A stretch of 63,372 bases of DNA, the filler included, from Phoronis australis (Eukaryota > Animalia > Phoronida), in the NCBI GenBank assembly GCA_002633005.1. It is 7 parts of 7 records of this genome, joined end to end, with 100 filler letters (N's around TTAATTAATTAA, not from the genome) between each part and the next. Parts side by side here need not be neighbours in the genome. Positions count along the whole stretch, not along the records: positions 29,556 to 50,942 come from NMRA01000562.1; 6 more parts are not named here. One strand, given 5' to 3'. A model generated the notes under the pieces. That model searched no databases and was not told where the DNA came from. It saw nothing but the letters and a program-made list of their open reading frames with translations. Shown here in pieces: positions 37,556 to 50,211 of this stretch (positions within the stretch are counted from its first letter, which is position 1; the number at the start of each line of letters is the position of its first letter). Position numbers and translations under genes: made by a program.

Positions 37556-40500
37556 TAGGTGAATTCTCACCACTTTGGACAAAAAATAATTACCCAAACA
37601 AATTTTTGTGGTTTTCTAAAGCTGTTTCCATTGTTGCCAAAACCCACAATTTGTCAATGAAAAACTGATGGCAGCTGTGGTATCAAAGATAAAACGTCAA
37701 AGCATTCTTTTGTGCTTTTCATATTTTATGAATTAGGAAGTAAAAACAAATCCACTTTTTCTACAATAATGTGTCAGGTTTTCTTGTATTCGAAACCGCA
37801 CGTTAACAGCTGCTCGCGTTCTCTGTTCCTACCCAGGCACTTCTGTCACTACTGTATCGATTTCTATTAAACCTATTCGGTTATTTTGGTAACGGGACGG
37901 ACACAGTCTGGAACTAAAATAGCAACACTAATCGAAATAGGGAACCTTGTGCAATTAAAGTATGTGAGCAGCCAATAAACTTGTCGGCTACTTCAGTTGC
38001 CACATAGTTATTTAGATCTACTAGCGAATCGTCTACTGTGAACGGCAAGGTAGTGGGTTAGAATCCGTCTTGAAGCTGATCTCAATACGTACATATCATG
38101 GCTGGCGATAACGTTGTGTTATGGAAAAAACAGAACTTCGTGCGTCATTTTCATCATATCACCGTCCGTATTTCCGCTACCATTGGGTCATTCACCCAAG
38201 CTCCATTACTGTCAAGTTCATTCATTCCCTCAGAGTGTGTACAACAACTTAATAGCTAATTGCTGTCCGTGCTGGTGACATTCAGTCATCGATAATCATA
38301 CTTGTGGGCAAAGGTGAATACCTAACTAAATGCTTCAGAAGGCAATTACTCAATTAATGTTCCCATGGTCCACGTTATATATAGAAAGGTCCCAATTAAA
38401 GCCAATTACCAGTATGGCAAAATAACAAAAAACAAAGAGTCCTGGCTCAAACTATATTTCCAATTATGTTGTGGAATTAAATCTTTAACGTAAACAAAGT
38501 TGTTAAGCATATCCTGTGACTTAGTTCTAGTAATAGAAAATTACCCAGATTCAGTGCGCAGAGTGTACAATAACATGTTAGGGAACCCAGTCTTGGCAAT
38601 ATCCTAACCGTCTTTGGTGCTCATGCACTTACATTCTGAAAATGAGCGTATTTTCTAAATTAGGCGCGAGTGTTTATTTCGAATGCCTTCCAAATAACTT
38701 AATAACCATTATGTAGCATTCGTCACGTGAGAGCAAAATAAAATTCGTATACGCTAACTACTGTATTATGCACGCGTCTTCGGCGATGTAACAAAGGGAC
38801 CTATCGTTAAAACATTTACGTGTCTACTAGTCCTAAGGATCTCCTTTTAACTGGATCGTATGAAATGAAAGAAGCTTATCAACATATACCTATATGTACA
38901 TGTATTTCGTAGATGTAAGGGTATGGTGTCATTGAGAATTTCTATGGACGGCCTAGTTCAAAGCCTTGTAGCAATAGTTTATTCATCTGCAACTTCATAA
39001 CATCACTTTGCCTTTGTGCATATGGAAGTTCTGTCAGGTCAAAATCGCCCTAATAGACGGCAGCCCAGAGTATTTAGCATAGAGAAACAAGTACACTGTA
39101 AAACTTGAGTTTAGAATTTCCACATCCGGATAACGCGTTCAAGTCTCAACATGTTTAGTTTTCCGTTTAATTGCTAACATCTGTAGTAAAAATCTTTTCT
39201 AAACGTGTTTTCATTTCCAATGGTTTAAAACTTGTTGAAGAAACTCTAAACTTATTCTGGCTTAAATGTGCTTAGAACTCAAGCGGTAAATTCAAGCCGA
39301 TTAAAATACAAAATGCTTCAGTTTAAAAAAGATTAGATTTTGAAAAGTTAAACACGGTGGTAGAAATATTAGGCCTAAACACAAATTGCTTTAAATCATG
39401 TATTATCCTTTTTAACACAAATTCGTAAAATGGTACAGGTAGGTAAGCTGCCCTTAATGAGAGGTGGCCAAGTGTCCAGTTTGCGCAGGTATTTTTATTG
39501 GAGTCTTTTCGTCCACTCTACTCCCGATCGAACGAAAGTTCACATTTCAGTTTGGCCCCTTTAGTCGTGTAGCTACCCTTTTCACGGGGTGTTAACGTTT
39601 TTTCGCTTTAATCACTCTCCGAAAGATTGGACCAAAGGTGGTCGCCCAAGCAAACCTCCCGGTCCCTTCCCCCTTAGCTGCGGGACCCGCTCTGAAATAT
39701 TCGGGTATCCGATCTATGGAAAAGCAAAGCTCACATTCATGTTAGACCAGATCACCTAAAAAGTGACCTTTAAAACATCAATAAATAAATAAAATAGTTA
39801 AGTCAAAGTAAAACCGTAGAACAAACAATAAAACTGGTATAACGGTTTTATTAAAATATGACAAAGTTTCGGGCTTAACCCTTCCTTTGTTCAGTACAGC
39901 AAGTGTTTTACCTGTTGCACACTCCTTTGCCAATACGGGGTTGGCACTGTGTTCAGTGTGACGGTTTAGGTGTTATATCCCTTGTTTACACCATGCGGTT
40001 CCCACCGTTTTGCATGTTAAGCAGACGGTTGCGCGGCTTCACAATATATCAAATTCGAAAAGCCTCTGACGAAATCTCTGAGGAAACATTCTCAAAAGAC
40101 CTGGTTTAAGTGCTGAACAAGTGGGGTCTTTCGGAGGCAATGATATCAGCTGTACGATCGAGGTTTGACGCATTTGATGAAGTAGTCCAAGCCCACCACG
40201 CACACGTTTGAATTTGGCCGACTTTGACCAATCAGCCTGCAGGATTGGCCAAGTCGATATTCCGCTACCCTTCAAATTAGTAAGAATAGCCCCGGCCGAT
40301 ACACGATCGTAGATCAGCAGCCCACTCACACAGTCTGACGAGCGCCACCTTATGAGAATGCAAGGCGTGACACTAGCGGTCTCATGGTTTGGCTATGTGT
40401 AGCTAAAGAATCGCTGATTAACCGCTAATGTGCGATTTGAAGCCCTCGGCAATCGATGCTAATATGCAGAATCACCGGGACCGCAAGGGTAGCCCATTAT

Positions 40501-41569
40501 TCCGTGTAAGTAGCGCCCCTAGCGGTCGTATGGTAAGGAATCGCTGAATAGCCTTCGGTCGATACTAATCATATGCAGAATCGTTAGAATTGCAAATGGG
40601 TAGCCCGTTTGTTAATGCAAGCAGTGCATATATATAGTTTCCCAATTTTCCTAGAGATGGCGTTCTCAATCTCCTAGTGCCTCAGTTGTATTTTTAGGGC
40701 GTTGTCTCGGGGTCAATTAAGTCATGCAACCCCCCTTTCGGTGGTATTATTTCCATTGGTTGTATAAGTTGAGATACTGTCTGAGCCAATCAGCTTTCTA
40801 GGTTTTCGCGGAGTATTTATACGTCCGAACAAGCACCAGTTGCCTTATTCTCTCGTGGATTGCCGCCATATGTATCATGTGTTGATTACCAGACTGTTTT
40901 TGAGGCAAATGCTATAAGTATACATTTGGTTATCGTTCAACGTTAGATACCGATTTTTTGGATAGCTGTACATTTGTAGTTTGCGTTTTGTCAGCTGTAG
41001 ACTGGACTATTATTATGCAAACCTAGACATGCTGTTACGTTGCAACCATTGTGCTTTTGGCAGGCAATTATTATGTTTACGGATTTCTTGTTGTATGCAT
41101 ATTTCTAATTTGTGAACTAAGTTTTGCGGAGTGCTACAGTTGTCTATACGAGTTGTACTGCCTTGGAACTTTAGGGGTTTATTCCGCCATGTTTTTCCCC
41201 GAGTTTGTATTTCCTCAAGTGCAGTTTCCGTTAAACATTAATTAAACATTACGTAGGAGGTGTAACGATATCGTGGTGGTTGGTTAATGCTAATGGTAAA
41301 GTCTAGACTTAGTAACTTAGACTGTTTTTTGTAAACGTTTCAGATAACCGATATGAACACCGATGCAATACGATGCATCAACGATAAACGTTGAACGTAA
41401 TAAAATATATCGAGTTGTAGACGCCTCTTTCTCTATTGCATCAACGTTTGAGCAGCAATACCGTTATTCCGTGCAAGTAGCGCCCCCTAGAGGTCTTATA
41501 GAGACTGATTTCAGAAAAATGCTTGGACAGATAAAAGCTGCTGGAAGAGGTAGCTGAAAATAAAAAAGC

Positions 41570-42200
41570 AGTTTTGAAAATTCAAAAGGTGTCCTATTTT
41601 AAACGCTTTTTCAAACAGCAGTTGTTTGCACAGTGATTCCATGTTCGGCTCCACCTCCAAGTGATACAGAATCCAGCCCTTCGTGCATCTGATTCACACT
41701 ATCTACACCAGTTAACGGTTCTGCAGAGTTTGCCAGCTTCAATGCAACAGAGAAGATTTCTGGAAGCTTTTAACTTAACGGAGATCCAGTGAAATGCTGA
41801 GCTCAAATGAGGGCTCTATAACGACGAATTGCTTCCGACCTTCTGGAGTGGATCCTATAAAGATTCAACAGACCGTCTTGCCGCTGTACAAGGATGCGTT
41901 CTGTAGGCTATTTCTTGAGAGAAAAGCAAGATCACCGAAGACCATTCAAAATCACGCAAGAGCATGCTCGTGACCTTCTAAGGTTAAAATAGCGTAACTT
42001 GGCAAAACTGCCACTGAAGTGAGTTCTCGTTAATGGTGGAATGTTGAGTTATGGGATGGAACTCATGATTAATGGGAGATAATTTACTGTAGTTTCTGTT
42101 CAATGCAGAGCGAAGATTTCTCGCCGGAATGAAAAGGGTAGCTAGCATGTTGGGTCAACGGAATGAAGCCCAGGAACGACGCCCTAACGCTCCGTGAACT
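41570..42200 (-). mobile_element. Possible decayed REL-endonuclease LINE (HERO/NeSL-like)
   Basis: Broken fragments KQFVVIEPSFE and GWILYHLEV resemble the IELTxPxE and EVG motifs of REL endonucleases. Heavily degenerate. Confidence 0.3.
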
Positions 42201-42265
42201 GTTTGTTTTGTCCTTAGATTGATTATCTAGTGTCTATTACTTCATATTAGCACTGCAACCTTTAT

Positions 42266-43410
42266 TTAAAGGTTCAACAGAATGGCGTCTTGAATGACTC
42301 CATTTATTCTTTTCTTTATCAAATCGTTCCCAGTGGCAAAGCCATCGATTGTCTTCATCATTTCACTTACTGATTCAGACTTCTCGATTTCGCTTAATGA
42401 AGTTTGTTCTGCCAGTATGCCTGGAAGATCATGAAACGCTGACAGGACCCCGTAAGCGGCTGTGCGTTGAAACATGTCTTTCAGCATCACCAAAGTGAGG
42501 TCAGGTGCTTCAGCTCCCAAGTGAGCCAAGGTTTCGTGAAAGACAGAATGGTAACTGGTCAAGAGATCGTCGAAATGCTGTTTTCTCGTCTCGTGCGTCG
42601 CGCTGTAGAAAAGGAAGTAAGCCAAATCAGTTGTCGGAAGGGCATAACGGCAGATCTGAAAATCAATCAACTTCACCTCTGCCGGCCGTCCATCTTCACC
42701 ATAACGAAACATCATATTATTGCACCAGGCGTCTCCGTGACAAATGACTCCGTATGTGTCCGTTGGCTGAGAAAGGCTTTCTATCATCGCAGCGTAAGGA
42801 TTCTTTTCCATCCTTTCAAATGAATCCGCAAGTTTAGTTTTCATTTGACCATCCTCAAAAGACGACTTGAATATATCAGTTGCAGTTTTGAATGCTTGGC
42901 ACATAGTAGACGAATAATTGATTTTTTCAATTAGTGAAGTGTCTTTCATTACATCGAACAAATACTCATCAAGCCAGTCATTAAAGGTGTCTATGTTTCC
43001 CGTTTTATACGCAAACGAGAGGGCATGTAGTTTGGCCAGCTCCTTGACAACAAGCAAGCAGTGATCAACATCAAGACCTTCCCTTACGTTGGCCATTTTA
43101 AAGTTCAGCGGTCTCAAATCTTCTAACATTATAAATGCAGATGTGTCGTCGGTTTCGTCGCATCCGGCGTAAAACTTTGGGACAGCTGGTATAATCGGCT
43201 TCGCGTTACGTTCACATTGAAAATCGACAAGAGCTGGAATGATCGTTTTGTAGCAACCAAGCTCTTTCGTGAACATCTTACTTTCTTTAACGAGGCTTTT
43301 CATTCCTGGGTTAGTGGACATAGTTTTAATGACTACTGAAATCGTTTTAATGTGCGTTTCCTCTTTGACCTCTGCTTTTACACCATGCATTAAAGACAAG
43401 AATCCGTCAC
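42266..43410 (-). CDS. Ecdysteroid kinase-like (EcKL/CHK/DUF227) protein, exon 2
   Basis: Long ORF with motifs MLEDL, LAKLHA, CHGDAWCNNMMF (Brenner motif), LIDFQ and DLAYFL. Acceptor ttcattttAG, phase 1; TAA stop. Confidence 0.92.
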
Positions 43411-43957
43411 CTAAAATGAATAAAATCACGGTTTTACTATAAACAACAAGAAAAACATTGCTTACCTCGGCGTACATGTAGATCTCAATCCAGAATTTAA
43501 AAATTGGTCTTAATTTGCTGTCTAGTCATGCAAGTTAGAGGAGATTTTAGGGGTTGGAAAGAACTGACGGTTCGTCCTCACCTGAAATCGGACTCTTCAG
43601 TTTGGCTTGCCACGACAGGTCATTTAGTGGCCTGGACATGGTCTCAAGAAATAACGAATTGACAGCTTTTCCAGTCTCAGATACTACTTCTCAGTTAGAG
43701 GAATAAGATGAGACTAGCTTTACTTGATAGCGGTACGTAGGGTAAATCAGAATTATATTAAAGTGTCTTCGACCAGAAATGTGAGTTACAACTGCATTAA
43801 GCTAAACGTGCTTATATCAGCTGCGGTTCATGCCCTCTAACACAGCGCCACCTGTACTGAAAATAGCACTGTGATAGAGTGTACTGCTGTGCACTGCTGT
43901 TGCGCTACAGTTGTGCAGACGTGACTGGCTACAAACTTAAAAGTGACATAGGCTTAC

Positions 43958-44075
43958 CAAACGATGCAGCTTTTGATACAATAAAATCCAGTACTTCGAT
44001 ATCCGTCCTCCCCTCACACGTCCTGAATGCTTGCTGGAGTAGCTCTTTGGTTATCACTTGTTCAGCAGCGGCCAT
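43958..44075 (-). CDS. Ecdysteroid kinase-like protein, exon 1 (start); full CDS 420 aa
   Basis: AAAATGG start, MAAAEQVITKELLQQAFRTCEGRTDIEVLDFIVSKAASF-G, donor GTAAGC in phase 1. Joins in frame to give the family-typical GDxxxS motif. Confidence 0.82.
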
Positions 44076-44519
44076 TTTGAACCTAAAAGAGATCAAGTGG
44101 CAATGTTAGACCCTTTCAAACGATGTCTCCGGTAACCTGTACACCCTAGAGTTACATTACGCAAATACAGACCGATCCCGAGTGTGATATGGCACCCTAC
44201 AAAGCACTGTCTACAAACTCCGGTAAGTCGTGTATGACTTTCCTATGACTAACAAAAGTGTTCAGACAGGTTTTGCAATTCAATTTTCGCGCAATAAAAT
44301 CCTATGCCTTTAAAATGATGCTTGCATTAGATTTTAACGAAGTCTTGAGCACCGCAGAGAATTGTTTTGGACTACCGTCTGTGAACTCCGATTGTCGCAA
44401 ATCAAGTGGTATAAGTCGGATAGATAAATTGGGCTTAACGTTGATGTTGTGTCTAGAGGGTAACATTGTTCGGTAATTTTGATTTTCAAAGCGGATATTG
44501 ATACCAAGGAGAGCGGGCT

Positions 44520-44660
44520 TTGTATTATGTATTTTATATGTATTTATTGCATATTTAAAATGAGGGAGGCCTCTTCAGTAATAGCACTGCTTTCCAAGAG
44601 GGCCCTCAACAACAAAAAACAGTAATATAAGACAATGAATTAATAAAACAACAAATGAAC
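44520..44660 (-). mobile_element. 3' tail of a CR1/L2-type LINE
   Basis: Minus strand shows a stem-loop-like GGGCCCTCTTGGAAAGCAGTG...ACTGAAGAGGCC, then AATAAA and short ATAC(A) repeats. Confidence 0.45.
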
Positions 44661-45165
44661 TCTCTAAGACGCTTTTACACACAACTGGTGTCAGGACTGA
44701 TCGATATTCTTGGACGCCTACTACACATTATCCATGTTTTGAATCAGTCTGAGGTATTATAAACGGCAAGTCCATCCAATTCTCTCATTGGTTTATCGCA
44801 AACACTCAAACGTAACAGCATCCACATTTCCTGTTGGTTACTTTCGGCGGGGAAAACTGGTTGTGTTCTAGAACTCAGCTATGCATGTCGTTTTCATCCT
44901 CGAAATGAAATAAAACTTTGAGATGGCGAACGAATTGTTGAAAAGCGAATTGTTGAAGCAGGCAGTGATGGGGTGTAAGAGAACTTATTTCACGTGCGTG
45001 AAGATGGTCGCGAAACGGATCGGCGTCTTCCACTCCACAGGGTATGGAGAAACGTTGATTTTTGAATATTCACGCAAAACTGCTCAGTGAAGAGCGATTG
45101 GAGGTAATGATGTAATGTAATCAGTCCAATCAACTTTATTCTGACGCACCAGAAGAGGTTTTTTG

Positions 45166-48100
45166 AATAGGCGGATTTGGGGGGGCAGGCTCCCCCCTTG
45201 ACAGCCGCAAAAAATAAAAGAGCAAGAGCGTAGTGAAATGCTGAGTTTATTAATTAACCCCTGTAATTAAAATTATACGTTATACGGATGAAACAAGATT
45301 TAAATGTGTGCAAATTTAGTGTTTGGGGGGGCTTAGATCCAATTTCAAGTGTCAAATTCGGAACACGGCGCAATCGTAACGGAACTGTGGCTAAGTATAG
45401 GCTCTCCCGCGATATTCCAGGCTACCGGCAGTGGCGCTGCGCACTACGACTCCGTTTCCGTCGTCTGCTCCACTGTGCAATGAAGAAAATTTACTTCATT
45501 TTTTAAAGAAAATGGAACCTGAGTGACGATGAAAAAACAGAAGCTGCTGGTAAGATGTGAACTTTAATCGAAGCCTTAGTGAATCACTTAAAAACTCATA
45601 ATTCTCTCTTTGTCAAAACTTAACTCAAGACGATTTCCAAAGCAATCCCGTCATTATTGCCAACATGAAAAACGGATTTGGTCTTTTGGGCATTTGAACA
45701 CTATTTTAAATACAACAAATTTATTACGAACCAATTGCACAAAATATAAAATATGTAATAAGCATTACAAAAAGAAGTGGGTTTCGCGCGCAAACGCTGT
45801 GGGCCATAAACAAGTAGGTCTTTTAGTATCAGAATAGGACTTAAATCGTGGTGGAGTAGTGTAGTCGGTGGGCCAGATTTTGTAGGGCCTCTAGAAAATG
45901 GTTTTTGTGAGTACTTTAGGGGGGCAATTTTATTTTGGTGTTTTTTAATTCATTTATTAGAGTGTTTTCAAAATCTAAAAAGTTCCCACATATAAAGTTG
46001 CACATTTTTGAGAAATTTGAGTTTGAAGTTACCTAATAATCACCAAAGAGCTTAGTAAACTTATATTTGTAAAAACAACAGTTTTGGTGACTTTTTTGTA
46101 AAACAAGTAATATGGTCCCATCANTGAACTCCAAACAAAACTGCAGAAAAACATCTCTGAAAACTGTGAATTCGTCACTCTTCACAATCGTTGTCTTTCT
46201 ATTTTTTATAGCATGATGATCTGTGGTACTTGGCTTCTAAGACACAAGGTCTTTATCTTTGAATTTCATTTGCATATTCAGGGCTCTGGACTGAGCTGTT
46301 GCATGCGATACAAGTCCAACTGAAAAAAAACCCGAACTGTTAACACTAATTTAACATTCAACTATGAGTGATTTGCCATGCAACTTTTTCAGACGGACTT
46401 ATCAGGAACTGATCCACCACCAGCCTAACAAATTGACATGCCGTCTGATCTGTAGCCTGATAATGTTGATCGTCTAATAATTAGATCAGTAGATGCAACT
46501 GAAAATAAATCAGCTGATATACCTGTTCAGTGATTGACATTTAATTTTTTTAAATCAGATGCTCAAACCATAGTCAATCGATTTACACTTAAGGTAATCG
46601 ACGTTTGACGAAATGAACCGTTGCTTCCATCGTCCTCAAATTTCGACGGCGACAATGGCCACTTAGGCACTTTAATTTAATTATCATTGCAGCTACCTAA
46701 GTAATTAATGTTTACAAAAAATTGAGACTACGGCAGGTGATGACGGCCACTTGGGCATGTTGTTTGCAACCATCTACTCCATTTAACCTTCTCAAAAATT
46801 TTTGACTTAAAGTGCTTTAAAATCACACCCACAGTATAACGCCATAGGATTATCCCTTATCGTAAGCAGTGTCGATGTGGCAACTGAATGGAGTGTTCGA
46901 AAAACAGGATTGCAGGAGTATTTGTTTAAACTGGGAACAAATGAAAACATTTACGACCTCCTCAGAGGCATCTCTCTATGCGGTACTTCTAAACTTATAG
47001 GAACATAATTTGCCGAAAAGTATCCGGCATATGAAGTACCTAAGGTATGATCATCGTCTCTACTGGGTCAGCAGTATTGTCTAAGGCCTAGGCAGCCAAG
47101 GGGCTGAACAAGTTAAAAACAACTGGTGATAATACTGAAACACACATGGAAAACACCTAGATGTATTTTTTAAAAAACACGTACCTGTTTTTGAAAGCTA
47201 TACTTCTTTCTCTTTTTTGAAATGTGGCCCATAATGTACTTTTCCTGCTAACAAATGATGCACTCATGTTTCAGAATGTTCCTTGTTCAGGTTAATTGGG
47301 TGTTTCAGATTTTGGAAGTATAATTGATTTTCTTGGGAAATCTTGGATGACCATCTGTATCACTTTCAGCAACTTCAGCTTTAGTACTACTGTTGGTGCC
47401 TTGAAACGTTGCTATGCCGTTCTATGTCCTTTCAATTTTTTGGTCTGACACTTGGTCTTCTAGTCTACAGCACTCAGCAGTATACTGTGTAGGCTACCAG
47501 GACATGCATCTGTTTTCTGCACAAACGTTTGTGACACCTCTTCTTCTTTTTGATCTACTGATCTACAGAGTTCCACAGTCAATGAGCTTTAGTCAGGAAG
47601 CTTTCCTAAGCTTCTTTAGGCTCTGACATCACAACTTTGTGCTGTTTGATAAACCTTGAATTGTACAGGCATCACACTCCATGGGAGCAGCCATATTGAA
47701 GTAACTAAGCACAACAATACAATCTGGCTCTCTGATTGGTCAATTCACTAGAAAAGCGCCATCAAGTGGCAAGAAAGTGCATCATATTTTGTGCAACAAA
47801 AAAACCTTTTTTTAAAAAAATGTGCAAGTGTAGACGTGGGAACTTTTTGGAATTTGATTTATAGGTATATTATCTAGCCACATAGAAAAAACTAGGTTGC
47901 CCCCCCAAAGTACTCACAAGGATGAACGCTACGAGATCTGGCCCACCGACTAGTGGTAAAGCACGCGCGCTTTCTCCGCCAGGTCGTGATTTCGAGTCTG
48001 GTATTTGCAGTTTTTCCTGTTTGACACGTTCTCAGTGTTCTTTTTTGCCTTTTTTCTTGGATAATAGTTCAGGAATCAAGGAAAATGCTTGATTTTTAGA

Positions 48101-48251
48101 GTAAAAACATAAAAATTTCCTGGGCAGGAAGGGGGCAACCCCCCTCCCGACCTCCCCCCATTCGGTGCTATGCGCATCTACAATCGTGGTTTGCGCAAAT
48201 GCTTACAGACAAAATGTTGCCCCCCCTTGTGATATCCTAGATCCGCCACTG
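45166..48251 (-). mobile_element. Second, inverted copy of the 32392-33347 MITE, split by a 2.1-kb insertion
   Basis: 45166-45861 plus 47953-48251 are collinear with the reverse complement of 32392-33347. Confidence 0.85.
45862..47952. mobile_element. 2.1-kb TIR element with TAG...CTA termini and a 3-bp TSD (Academ-like)
   Basis: TIR TAGTCGGTGGGCCAGAT / ATCTGGCCCACCGACTA plus subterminal TTGTGAGTACTTT-GGGGGGCAA. GTG is duplicated relative to the empty site in the 32392 copy. A decayed minus-strand ORF-like stretch starts near 47694. Confidence 0.75.
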
Positions 48252-50130
48252 GTTTGGCATGAGTGCCACTCTTCTGTCAGGCGGAAACGTTCAACACTCC
48301 ATGATTGGTTGGACGTTTAACTCGAGCATGCGCAGTGAAGTGCACACCATATTAAATTCATTACGTTGAGATTTGCTGTAGGGCCTACCACTTTTGTCAC
48401 ATGAAGGAACTTTTTAGACCATTTGCTTTGCACACCTTAAAGTTGTGCAATACACAAAAAGATGTTCGAATTTGGCTAACTTTAGATCATATTTCAGAAA
48501 TGTCTGATCTGATTCATATGGGACTTCCATGATGGACTCTAAAAATCAAACTTTTACGGTTTTCACGAAAACATCAAAAGTTGCGTACCAGTAAAACGAA
48601 AAACCAAACGATAGGGCAGAAAGGTGTAGCCGAATTTTTGAGAGTTCGTTTTCATATTGAACAGAATTTGATTGTGCTATCCATACTGCTGCATTGCCAT
48701 CAACATACCTTTTGTTTGTTAAGTTTCACTAAAAAGACATGGTCACGGTGACCTAGTTCATTGCGGATTGGCAAAAAGAGGAAAATCAAATCATTCAGGC
48801 TTTCTACTTTCATGAAACATGTATAATATTTACTGAGTTCAAATCTATAGTTTTGTAGGCCTACGTGGACATGATAATCCACAAGACGACTCACCCAGAA
48901 CTTACGTATCTGAGATAACGCACATGTTAGTGTTGGCTTGTGACGTAACTGTTTAATGTACGATGCACACGTTGGGCAATTTTCAGTCACAAAATATTCA
49001 TCAAATAAGCATTTCCGTGCATGGAGGAACATCGCCGCTCAGTTTTGCTACGCCTGGGCCTATAGTTGGGTAGTCAGGCTTACGGTGAATACAGCACAAG
49101 CTGGTGTAGTGACTTGCTTTTCACAGTACACATCACAGGCTACTGGCGGACAGCTTTAACTACTCGCCTTTTAAAATCATTCTTAACCTCTAAAATCCCC
49201 CTAGACACTTACTTGTGTCGACACCCAGTGTGTAACTGCCAAGACTGTGATTCAGTGAGACTTCGTGTAGTGGTATTCCTATTCGACTTTGGTTGCCCGA
49301 CCTTTACGTTTTCAGTCTGATATGACCGTTATCTTTGGACGATTGCATACCAGCGGTACAAAATCCATGTCATGGCTGTGACGTCAGTCTGCATTGAGTT
49401 GGTCACGTGATCAGAAGTAATACGACGTATCCCCTGTCCCGTTTCGGGATACAGTATCCAGTAGTGGCAGCTATATTTATAGGGGGAAGGTTAAAGCGAC
49501 AATTGGTCCTTTCCCGAAGCGGCCTCTGTAGGTTTACAATGCATGTGTGTTATAATGCTACACAACGCATCAGTAAAGAAGCTATGCGTTGTGACTGCGA
49601 AATAGTAAAGAGGTCGATTCACAGCTATTTATTTGTAGTTAATATGTATACACATGTGCTGACTGTTAATAAAGATTGCTTATAAACCACATTTCTTTTT
49701 ATTTCACATCCCATATTCTTCTATTATTCGTTTAAAACACGCTCCCACTTCCCCATTTCAACTTCGGCTATCTTCGGAAACACGTCACGTCCGGAAGCGG
49801 ACCCGATCACTGCCGAGTCTGTCCATAGGTTTGTACTGGGACTATCTGGCACAAATGGAAGCTTTCTGTTTGTTAGAATGGGTTTATTTTGCAACTTTTG
49901 CCAATTAATTCTCTGAAATGTGACACATATGCACATGGTCTTGTGCGTTGCCATAAACATTTCACAGTAGTTAGCAATGAGTCCTCAATAAAGTGTTCGA
50001 GTACAGCCGCACGTCTTTTGCACTGTCTGTCTACGCACGACGTATCACTGTTGTTGTGTGCCAACTGGAATACTTATTTCGACATTAAACACACTTTTAT
50101 ACTTCAACTCGATTAAAAATTTGAAGAACA

Positions 50131-50211
50131 ATGCCGGACTGTTGTGTTATTGGAGGCTGTGACAATGTGTCAGGGTCTGTGCCTGGGGTGTCATTACATA
50201 GGTTTCCCACT
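50131..50211 (+). pseudogene. THAP zinc-finger N-terminal fragment (transposon remnant)
   Basis: Encodes MPDCCVIGGCDNVSGSVPGVSLHRFP, the THAP start M-x2-C-x-CxxxxC...S(L/F)H(R)FP; truncated immediately afterwards. Confidence 0.7.

Noticed and set aside
43411-43477. Hydrophobic N-terminus of the 403-aa ORF as a signal peptide
   Set aside because: It is the intron's 3' end (acceptor at 43411-43412); a better first exon lies at 43958-44075.
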